Shown piece after piece: positions 49,773 to 58,011 of a stretch of DNA of 58,011 nt. Source of the DNA: Vallitaleaceae bacterium. GTDB taxonomy: Bacteria > Bacillota > Clostridia > Lachnospirales > Vallitaleaceae. A model generated the notes under the pieces. It made no database searches, was not told where the DNA came from, and saw nothing but the letters and a program-made list of their open reading frames with translations. The translations under genes were made by a program, and so were the position numbers. How positions within the stretch are numbered: position 1 is the first letter of the stretch; every line of letters begins with the position of its first letter. The DNA lies in the NCBI GenBank assembly GCA_029935405.1, contig JAOZKH010000002.1, positions 18,122-76,132 of the forward strand, written 5' to 3'.

Positions 49773-49815
49773 TTGACATGGAATTAATAATAATATGAAT
49801 TTAATTTCATGTCAA
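49773..49815 (-). promoter_or_regulatory. Promoter of the aminotransferase overlapped by a 15-bp inverted repeat (operator)
   Basis: TTGACATGGAATTAA...TTAATTTCATGTCAA. Minus strand TTGACA (49815-49810), 17 nt, TATTAT (49792-49787). Confidence 0.6.
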
Positions 49816-49956
49816 GATAAGCAAGAATAATATATAAACAATCATTGTACTTGAAATAATACTAGTAAAAGGGTAAACTAAACTGAAAGTTAAAGTTAAC
49901 AGGGAAGTTGAACAATTAAAAAGGTATTTAGTTTACTATATACAAGAGGTGTTTAA

Positions 49957-50508
49957 ATGACAAAAAATATTCAGAATCAATTATTTATTATTACCATATT
50001 ATTTTTCTTAATCGGAATAGTTCATATATCATTTTCCATAATAGGACTACTATGTTTTATACTACCCTTTATTTTGTATTACAAAACTAAGGATAAAGTT
50101 TGGTGTAAATATTATTGTCCAAGAGCGGGAATGTTTGTTAAGTTACTGAGCAAGATAAGTCTTAGAAAAAAAGCACCTAAGTGGCTAACAGGGCAAAGAA
50201 TCAAGAAGATTGTTGTATACTATTTTGGAATTAATGTTTTCTTTGCAACTATGTCAACTATTATGACGTCCATTGGAAAAATAGAGGCTATTGATTATGT
50301 CAGATTTTTGATTGTTTTTAAAGCTCCTTTTGAATTACCCCAATTAATGGATATCAATATGCCTATGGGATTAATACATTTTAGTTATAGAATTTATTCT
50401 ATGATGTTTACATCTGTAATAGTTGGTATTATCCTTGGAATTATCTATACACCTAGAATATGGTGTGTTATTTGTCCAATTCAAACATTAACGACAAAAA
50501 AAATGTAG
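49957..50508 (+). CDS. Membrane protein with CxxxCP-type motifs (NapH/YccM-like, no ferredoxin domain)
   Basis: WCKYYCP and WCVICP motifs with TM helices. Confidence 0.75.
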   Translation: MTKNIQNQLFIITILFFLIGIVHISFSIIGLLCFILPFILYYKTKDKVWCKYYCPRAGMFVKLLSKISLRKKAPKWLTGQRIKKIVVYYFGINVFFATMSTIMTSIGKIEAIDYVRFLIVFKAPFELPQLMDINMPMGLIHFSYRIYSMMFTSVIVGIILGIIYTPRIWCVICPIQTLTTKKM

Positions 50509-50609
50509 TTATTGACTATAATCATTATTTTGATTATACTTATATGGTAGTAGAAGTAGAGGAACTTGTTTTTGAAACTATAATAATTAATACTCAAAGG
50601 AGAAAACGT

Positions 50610-51170
50610 ATGAAAAAGTATTTTGAAGTAAACACAAAAACTATTGTTGCAACGGCACTTGGTGCTGCCTTATTTACTTTGCTTTTTATGTTTGTAAAAG
50701 TACCTTCACCTATTCCTGAAACGAGTTTTCAAACAGCTTACGGTCTTAGTGCATTCTTTGCTATGTTGTTTGGTCCAATAGCAGGTGGATTAATTGCATT
50801 TATCGGCCATGGACTTAGTGATGCACTACAATATGGATCACCATGGTGGAGTTGGGTTATCGCTTCTGGTGTTGCTAGTTTTATCTTTGGATTTGCTTTT
50901 AAAACATCTAAAATAGAAGATGGCGAATTCGTTCTTAAAGATATTATAAGATTTAATATAATTCAAGTAGTAGGAAATCTTGTAGCTTGGGTTGTTGTTG
51001 CACCGGTTTTAGATATATTAATTTATGCTGAGCCTGTTAACCTTGTATTTACACAAGGAATCATCGCTGCAGTTATGAATATAATTAGTGCTGGTGTTAT
51101 TGGTACATTGTTATTAATTGCTTATTCTAAAACAAGAGTTAAAAAAGGAAGTCTAAATAAAAATGACTAA
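50610..51170 (+). CDS. ECF transporter S component (UPF0397-like)
   Basis: IVATALGAALF, P.P.T, FGPIAG, GH.LSD...YGSPWWSWV. ATG 50610 after AGGAG. Confidence 0.85.
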   Translation: MKKYFEVNTKTIVATALGAALFTLLFMFVKVPSPIPETSFQTAYGLSAFFAMLFGPIAGGLIAFIGHGLSDALQYGSPWWSWVIASGVASFIFGFAFKTSKIEDGEFVLKDIIRFNIIQVVGNLVAWVVVAPVLDILIYAEPVNLVFTQGIIAAVMNIISAGVIGTLLLIAYSKTRVKKGSLNKND

Positions 51171-51208
51171 AGTAGCAATAAAGATTGATATTAAACAGTA
51201 AAATAAAG

Positions 51209-51248
51209 CAGGATATGTGGAAGCGAAAACTGCACTTCACGTATCCTG
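51209..51248 (+). terminator. Stem-loop after the S-component gene
   Basis: CAGGATATGTG...CACGTATCCTG. Confidence 0.55.
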
Positions 51249-51269
51249 TTAATAATATGTGGAGTTATT

Positions 51270-52982
51270 ATGAAAAATAAAGTAGTGGTAAAATTTAAAG
51301 ATTTTTCTTTTCAATACTATAGTCAGGCAGAACCAACATTAACTGATATTAATATCGACATTAAATCAGGTGAAAAAATTCTTATTGTTGGACCTAGTGG
51401 AAGCGGTAAAAGCACATTAGGTCATTGTCTAAATGGTTTAATTCCTTTTTCCTATAGAGGAATTATGAAAGGCGAATTAGAAGTAGGCTCGCTAGTAACT
51501 AAAGATCACTCTATCTATGATCTTTCGAAGGTTATTGGCACAGTTTTGCAGGATTCAGATGGCCAATTTGTAGGATTAACTGTTGGTGAAGATATTGCCT
51601 TTGCTATGGAAAATGACGAGACGGTAAGTTCCATAATGCATACAAGAGTTAAATCAGTATCAGAAATGGTTGGTATGGATCAATTTCTTGGCTCTTCACC
51701 ATTTGAATTATCAGGTGGACAAAAGCAACGCACGGCCCTTGCAGGGGTTATGATTGATGATGTTGATATAATTCTATTTGATGAACCATTAGCAAATTTA
51801 GACCCTGCAACAGGTAAAAGGGCTATTGAGATAATAGATGAAATTCATCAAACTACAGGAAAAACAGTAATTATTATTGAACATAGACTTGAAGATGTTC
51901 TTCATTGTCATATGGATAGAATCTTACTAATTAACGATGGAAAAGTTGTAGCAGATATGAATCCAGATGAAATGGTGTCATCGGATTTATTAATACGTTA
52001 CGGAATAAGAGAACCATTGTATGCAACAGCACTAAAATATAGTGGTGTTAAAATTGAGAGTACTATAAAGCCAGGGCATATGAGTACTCTTAGTTTACCT
52101 CTAGTTAAAGAATCGATATTATCATGGGATGCAAAGGTAGAATATGAAATAATAGATACCAAGCATGAGGAAATATTATCGGTAAAACACTTGAATTTTT
52201 CCTATGATGGAACAAGAGAAATATTAAAAGATATTAACTTTACAATCCATAAAGGCGAAATGATTGCAGTGGTAGGAACTAACGGAGCAGGAAAGTCAAC
52301 TATTGCCAAGGTTTTGTGTGGATTTGAGAAAGAAACAACAGGAACAATCAATTATCTTGGAGAAAGTATTGCAAACCTAAGCATAAAAGAAAGAGCCGAA
52401 ATAATAGGTTATGTTATGCAAAATCCTAATCAAATGATTTCGAAAAATTTGATATATGATGAAGTGGCTCTAGGTCTTAGACTCAGAAATATCAGTGAAG
52501 AAGCTATTAAAGATAAGGTTGAACACGCACTTAAAATATGTGGGTTATTACCTTTTATGGATTGGCCTATTTCTGCTCTTAGTTATGGTCAGCGAAAAAG
52601 AGTAACGATTGCCGCGATTTTGGTGTTAGACCCTAAGATATTGATTCTAGATGAGCCAACGGCAGGGCAAGACTATAAACATTATAGCGAGATTATGAAC
52701 TTTCTTGAAGAAATTAATGAAATGGGTATAACGATTATTATGATTACTCATGATATGCATTTAATGCTTGAATATACAAAAAGAGCTATTGTATTATCAA
52801 AAGGTGAGATTATAGCAGATGCTTCAACAGCAGAAGTAATGACAGATGACCTGATAATTGAAGCGGCTAATTTAAAAGAAACATCTTTATATACATTAGC
52901 AAAGGCAGTGAATATTAAAAACCCTACATCTTTTGTACAGCATTTTATAGAGTATGAACGACGGGAGGTGCGAGGAAGATGA
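51270..52982 (+). CDS. ECF transporter fused dual ATPase
   Basis: GPSGSGKST and [14 protein letters not shown] and LSYGQ, DEPLANLDP. Confidence 0.9.
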   Translation: MKNKVVVKFKDFSFQYYSQAEPTLTDINIDIKSGEKILIVGPSGSGKSTLGHCLNGLIPFSYRGIMKGELEVGSLVTKDHSIYDLSKVIGTVLQDSDGQFVGLTVGEDIAFAMENDETVSSIMHTRVKSVSEMVGMDQFLGSSPFELSGGQKQRTALAGVMIDDVDIILFDEPLANLDPATGKRAIEIIDEIHQTTGKTVIIIEHRLEDVLHCHMDRILLINDGKVVADMNPDEMVSSDLLIRYGIREPLYATALKYSGVKIESTIKPGHMSTLSLPLVKESILSWDAKVEYEIIDTKHEEILSVKHLNFSYDGTREILKDINFTIHKGEMIAVVGTNGAGKSTIAKVLCGFEKETTGTINYLGESIANLSIKERAEIIGYVMQNPNQMISKNLIYDEVALGLRLRNISEEAIKDKVEHALKICGLLPFMDWPISALSYGQRKRVTIAAILVLDPKILILDEPTAGQDYKHYSEIMNFLEEINEMGITIIMITHDMHLMLEYTKRAIVLSKGEIIADASTAEVMTDDLIIEAANLKETSLYTLAKAVNIKNPTSFVQHFIEYERREVRGR

Positions 52983-53812
52983 GAACAAAGCTCTTTTCTT
53001 ATAATTACTTAGATACGCCTATTCACAAATTGTCAGGATTAACAAAAATATTATCATTTTTATTATTAACATTTGCAGTGATGTTTTCTTACGATATTAG
53101 ATGTATAACTGGTATAATGATTTTTGCATTTATCATATTTAAAATGGCGAAAATCCAGTGGTCACAAGTTAAGTTAATGGTCGTTTATGTAATTGTTTTT
53201 GTATTAACTAATGCAATAATCACCTATTTGTTTGCACCTGAACACGGGGTGGAATTATATGGTACAAGGCACGAACTCATCAAAATTTTTGGTCGTTATA
53301 CAATGACTTTAGAACAACTTTTTTATCAAGGTACAAAATTAGTGAAATATGCTTCGGTAATTCCTTTTGGTATCATATTTCTTATGACAACTAATCCAAG
53401 TGAGTTTGCGGCATCTCTTAATAAGGTTGGAGTGCATTATAAACTTGCTTACCCTGTATCGTTAACATTACGCTACTTTCCAGATATTCAAAGAAATTAC
53501 CAAGACATTAGTTTAGCTCAACAAGCTAGAGGATTAGAGATGTCGAATAAGGCAAGTTTAAAAAGTCGTTTTAAAAATGCTTTGATGATTATTATTCCAT
53601 TGATTTTTTCTACTATTGATAGGATTGATGTAATTAGTAATGCAATGGATCTTAGAGGGTTTGGCAAAGGAAAGAAAAGAACTTGGTACAGTGGCAAGAA
53701 ATTAGCAAAAATAGACTATATTGCATTAGGATTATCGCTTTTGATTTTTATGATTACTATTTATGTATCAATATTCATAAACCATAGTAGATTTTATAAC
53801 CCATTTATTTAA
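52979..53812 (+). CDS. ECF transporter T component
   Basis: TTNPSEF, LRYFP, AQQARG, AMDLRGF. Confidence 0.9.
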   Translation: MRTKLFSYNYLDTPIHKLSGLTKILSFLLLTFAVMFSYDIRCITGIMIFAFIIFKMAKIQWSQVKLMVVYVIVFVLTNAIITYLFAPEHGVELYGTRHELIKIFGRYTMTLEQLFYQGTKLVKYASVIPFGIIFLMTTNPSEFAASLNKVGVHYKLAYPVSLTLRYFPDIQRNYQDISLAQQARGLEMSNKASLKSRFKNALMIIIPLIFSTIDRIDVISNAMDLRGFGKGKKRTWYSGKKLAKIDYIALGLSLLIFMITIYVSIFINHSRFYNPFI

Positions 53813-53841
53813 CAAAATAATTGTATTAAGGAGGAGATTTG

Positions 53842-54684
53842 ATGAATAGTTTACTAGTTTTCCAAACAGATTTTACATATAAGGAGGGCGCAGTATGTGC
53901 TATGTATGGCGTTGTAAAAAGCGTCGAACGCACATTAGATATTATTGATGGTACACATGAAATACCAAGATATGATACTTGGAGTGCATCATATAGACTC
54001 TATCAATCCATGAAGTTTTGGCCAGAGGGTACGGTGTTTGTATCTGTTGTAGACCCAGGTGTTGGTACGCCTAGAAAGGCAAGTGTTGCTAAAACAAAAG
54101 ACGGTTATTACGTAGTGACCCCTGATAATGGTTCGTTGACACATCTTGCAAAGTGGGTTGGTATAGATGAAATAAGAGAAATTGATGAAACAATTAATAG
54201 ATTAAAAGGAAAAGGAACTGAAAAAGTTAGCATATTCCATGGAAGAGATTTATTTGCTTATTGTGGTGCAAGACTTGCTGCAGGTATTATCACATATGAA
54301 CAAGTGGGAGAATCTTACCCAGTAGAATCAATCATTAGTCATTTAATAGTTGAACCAAAGATAAAAGATGGATATGTTCAAGGAATATTTGAAATAAATG
54401 ACCCGAATTTTGGGAACCTATGGACAAATATTATGACAGAAGATTTTATAAAAGCCGGATTTAAATACGGTGACTACGTTGATGTGGTTATCAAGGAAAA
54501 TGATGTAGTACGTTATGAGGCTAATGTTCTTTTTGAAAAATCCTTTGGATTTGCACAAAAAGGGGAGGTCATGATTTACAATAATGAGTTAATGAAAGTT
54601 TCTATGGCGATGAATCAGGACAGTTTTTTTGAAAGTCATGATCTTTCTTATGGACCTGAGTGGACGGTAACATTTAATAAATAA
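53842..54684 (+). CDS. DUF62 SAM hydroxide adenosyltransferase (SAM hydrolase), paralogue 1
   Basis: QTDF, VVDPGVGTPR, TPDNG, FHGRD, D.NFGNLWTN. Confidence 0.88.
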   Translation: MNSLLVFQTDFTYKEGAVCAMYGVVKSVERTLDIIDGTHEIPRYDTWSASYRLYQSMKFWPEGTVFVSVVDPGVGTPRKASVAKTKDGYYVVTPDNGSLTHLAKWVGIDEIREIDETINRLKGKGTEKVSIFHGRDLFAYCGARLAAGIITYEQVGESYPVESIISHLIVEPKIKDGYVQGIFEINDPNFGNLWTNIMTEDFIKAGFKYGDYVDVVIKENDVVRYEANVLFEKSFGFAQKGEVMIYNNELMKVSMAMNQDSFFESHDLSYGPEWTVTFNK

Positions 54685-54704
54685 AATTGACGGAGGAATT
54701 ATTT

Positions 54705-55550
54705 ATGAGAAGTATTTTGGTAATGCAAAGTGATTTTGGGATTGTGGATGGTGCAGTTGCAGCAATGTATGGTGTAGCTCATGAAGTAGATATGGATTTA
54801 AAGATTTATAATCTTACCCATGACGTACAACAATATAATATTTGGGAGGCTTCTTACAGACTTTATCAGTCTATGGAATACTGGCCAGAAGGAACAGTTT
54901 TTGTTTCAGTAGTTGACCCAGGAGTTGGAACAAAGAGAAAAAGTGTTGTTGCAAAAACTAAAGATGGGCATTATGTGGTAACACCTGATAATGGAACACT
55001 AGTGCATTTAAAGAAATTTGTCGGAATTGAAGCTGTTAGAGAAATTGAAGAATCAAAACATAGACGACAAAACACAGAGTATTCACACACTTTTCATGGT
55101 CGCGATGTTTATGCTTATACAGGTGCAAAACTTGCATCAGGACAAATTACGTTTGAAGAAGTAGGTGAACTTCTGAGTGTTGAAGAAGTTCTTGAACTAG
55201 AAATAGGAGTTGTTACAAAAACTGAAAATTCAATTAAAGGAAGTATTGATATTCTTGATATTAGATTTGGAAGTTTATGGACTAATATTTCTCGTGAAGA
55301 TTTCAGTGAATTAGGAATAGATTATGGCGATAGAGTTGAAGTTATAATACATAACGGAAACACTTTAGCTTATAATAATCGAGTGAGTTATGGTAAATCC
55401 TTTGGAGATGTTTATGTAAGTGAGCAGGTTATATATGTTAATTCCCTATATAATATGGCATTAGCAATTAATCAAGGAAATTTCGCTAAAGCATATAATA
55501 TTGGCACAGGTATTCATTGGAGTATTGAATTTCGTAAAATTAGTGAATAA
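54705..55550 (+). CDS. DUF62 SAM hydroxide adenosyltransferase (SAM hydrolase), paralogue 2
   Basis: QSDFG, VVDPGVGTKR, TPDNG, TFHGRD, D.RFGSLWTN. ATG 54705 after GGAGG. Confidence 0.9.
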   Translation: MRSILVMQSDFGIVDGAVAAMYGVAHEVDMDLKIYNLTHDVQQYNIWEASYRLYQSMEYWPEGTVFVSVVDPGVGTKRKSVVAKTKDGHYVVTPDNGTLVHLKKFVGIEAVREIEESKHRRQNTEYSHTFHGRDVYAYTGAKLASGQITFEEVGELLSVEEVLELEIGVVTKTENSIKGSIDILDIRFGSLWTNISREDFSELGIDYGDRVEVIIHNGNTLAYNNRVSYGKSFGDVYVSEQVIYVNSLYNMALAINQGNFAKAYNIGTGIHWSIEFRKISE

Positions 55551-55580
55551 TATGGCATATTATAGAATGTAAATAAGTAG

Positions 55581-55634
55581 ATTAAAGACATTAAAGACAT
55601 TAAAGACATTAAAGACATTAAAGACATTAAAGAC
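55581..55634 (+). repeat. 9-bp tandem repeat (ATTAAAGAC) x6
   Basis: Six perfect units read directly. Confidence 0.92.
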
Positions 55635-55692
55635 CTATGGTGATTTATAATATATTAAAAAATGTATATTATAGAAATCTAAAGGTCTTTTT
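55629..55692 (+). terminator. Long imperfect hairpin / terminator after the ECF-DUF62 operon
   Basis: AAAGACCT...TATAATATA...TATATTATA...AGGTCTTTTT. Confidence 0.55.
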
Positions 55693-55705
55693 GTGTAAAA
55701 AAATA

Positions 55706-55753
55706 TACATAGTGATTGAATTAGAGAAACTTAGTTTTGGCACCTTAAGCATA
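55706..55753. repeat. REP-like copy F: spacer plus right arm, homologous to copy C
   Basis: TACATAGTGATTGAATTAGAGAAACTTAGTTTTGGCACCTTAAGCATA versus copy C TACATAGTTAAAATTAGAGAAACTTAGTTTTGACACCTTAACC. Confidence 0.8.
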
Positions 55754-55838
55754 AAAATATGCTGACAGATAGTTGACAGAGAAAATTAATAATAATTGAG
55801 TTATAATTAAATTAACAAAAATGAAATAGGAGGAAATT

Positions 55839-57278
55839 ATGTATTTTGTGTTTAGAGCATTAAAGTATTTAAGAAAAAAAATTGGGAAGACCATTTTTAT
55901 GGGTATTATATTTTTTGTTATAGCAAACTTTGTTTTAGCGGGCTTATTGATTCAACAAGCAAGTAGGATTGCAGAAGAGAATACAAGATTAGCAATTGGA
56001 AGTGAAATTAATTATATACAAAGCTTTGATGCGATTGTTAAAGATCTTGAAAAGGGTGTATTAGATAGAAGTGTAATGGGCAAGATTAAAAGTGAGGATA
56101 TTCTTAGTAGCGCAGATTTTACTATTAATGGAGCTCCAACAGTTAGTAATATAAAATTGGCAGTTGACTCAGAATATATTGATAGTTATCAAATATCTTA
56201 TGAAATACAGGTAAATGGAGATAATTATACTCAAGTACAAATTGAAAGTGGTGGAGCAGATAATGGACTATATAATGTAAAACTGTATGAGAATAATATA
56301 CCTGAGGGATTTGTATCCGGAACTGATAAACTTGTGGCAGGTAGAATGATTTTTGAAGAAGAACTTGAAAATGGTAGTCAAGTAATTATGATAGAAGAAA
56401 GATTCGCTTTACAAAACAAACTAGAAATCGGAGATATGTTAACAGTAACTTACCCTGAAGTAAATGGAATTTCGTATAAAATTGATCATGAAATTGTTGG
56501 TATATATACTTCAAGTGAAGAGGCGAGTCAGTCTATAATTCAATCAAGTAATGTGACGAGATTTTCAGCTAATCAGTTTTATGCCCCTTTATATATATTT
56601 AATTCAATTGGATATGATAAAGAAATAATAAATCACTTGGTAATAAACAATAATGTTATACGCTTAAAGGATCCAGAGGATATAGATGTCTACAAACAGA
56701 GTGTTGGGGATATGATTAATATGCGATATGGTGTATTAGATGCAAATGATGATCTTTATGATTCCTTAGTTGGTCCAATTATGATTGTAGGATTGATATC
56801 TAATATTGCAGTTATTGTAATCCTTATAACCGGAGGTCTTATTATTGGCTTGATTACAGCATTAACAGTTAATGAACGTAGAAGTGAGGTTGGAATTTTA
56901 TTAGCAGTAGGTGAAAGAAAATCTAAAATAGTGATGCAGTTTGTTCTTGAGGTATTAATTATAGCAGTTATCACCTTTAGTTTATCTATTATTTCAGGAG
57001 GCTTTATTGGTAAGGAAATAAGTGAGAGTCCAATTGCTTCTGAGTTTATTGAATCGAATGAGGAAGACGTAAAATTAAATATAAGAGGTGGAAAAGGAGG
57101 ATTTAGTAAAGAGAAAATAGAAGTGGATCAACCAAAACTAAAAGTAATATTAAGTATAGATATTATAGCGCTATTATTCCTGATAGGAATATTATTGACG
57201 GTAATAAGTACAATTATTCCAGCACTATATGTTATGAGGTTTAATCCAAAACAAATATTAAATAATAAAGTGTCATAG
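55839..57278 (+). CDS. MacB/FtsX-family ABC permease
   Basis: N-terminal TM, large extracellular loop, ERRSEVGILLAVGERK...QF..E, C-terminal TM helices. Confidence 0.88.
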   Translation: MYFVFRALKYLRKKIGKTIFMGIIFFVIANFVLAGLLIQQASRIAEENTRLAIGSEINYIQSFDAIVKDLEKGVLDRSVMGKIKSEDILSSADFTINGAPTVSNIKLAVDSEYIDSYQISYEIQVNGDNYTQVQIESGGADNGLYNVKLYENNIPEGFVSGTDKLVAGRMIFEEELENGSQVIMIEERFALQNKLEIGDMLTVTYPEVNGISYKIDHEIVGIYTSSEEASQSIIQSSNVTRFSANQFYAPLYIFNSIGYDKEIINHLVINNNVIRLKDPEDIDVYKQSVGDMINMRYGVLDANDDLYDSLVGPIMIVGLISNIAVIVILITGGLIIGLITALTVNERRSEVGILLAVGERKSKIVMQFVLEVLIIAVITFSLSIISGGFIGKEISESPIASEFIESNEEDVKLNIRGGKGGFSKEKIEVDQPKLKVILSIDIIALLFLIGILLTVISTIIPALYVMRFNPKQILNNKVS

Positions 57279-57288
57279 GAGGAGAATA

Positions 57289-58011
<723 letters not shown>

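Noticed and set aside
50509-50609. SAM riboswitch upstream of the ECF-DUF62 operon
   Set aside because: Only about 100 AT-rich nt with no S-box or SMK consensus visible.
53842-55550. SAM-dependent fluorinase/chlorinase
   Set aside because: Both keep the Asp-Arg-His signature of DUF62 hydrolases and have no secondary-metabolite context.
13835-55753. Palindromic repeats as a CRISPR array
   Set aside because: Copies are kilobases apart with genes between them; there are no regular spacers and no cas genes.
3559-56974. Many short ORF-track entries antisense or off-frame within long genes (e.g. 3769-4161, 19772-20332, 38781-39230, 48604-48891, 56756-56974)
   Set aside because: Shadow ORFs fully overlapping well-supported genes, with no RBS or motifs.

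Overview
A 58-kb, very AT-rich chromosomal segment from an anaerobic Bacillota (Clostridia-like; taxonomy inferred from gene content). Most of it is housekeeping and metabolic: an ascorbate-type PTS (ula-like) locus with its own EI/HPr, trxB plus a protein disulfide oxidoreductase, a YesMN-type two-component system with an Mgl galactoside ABC transporter, recQ, a methanogen-type homocysteine biosynthesis trio (DUF39/NIL-ferredoxin/UPF0280), psuGK, T-box-thrS and an ECF transporter with two DUF62 SAM hydrolases. The most unusual feature is an intact REP-associated tyrosine transposase (RAYT/Y1)-like gene (15556-16221). By eye it has lost both the HUH histidines and the catalytic tyrosine, carries 8 Cys including a CxxC, keeps a C-terminal HTH, and heads the trxB-oxidoreductase operon. 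A family of intergenic palindromes (GGTTAAGGTGTCAAAAC...GTTTTGACACCTTAACC, at least 7 full or partial copies) brackets that operon and a small Phd-like two-gene cassette. No rRNA, tRNA or CRISPR array was seen. All family assignments come from motif recognition by eye, not from database searches.
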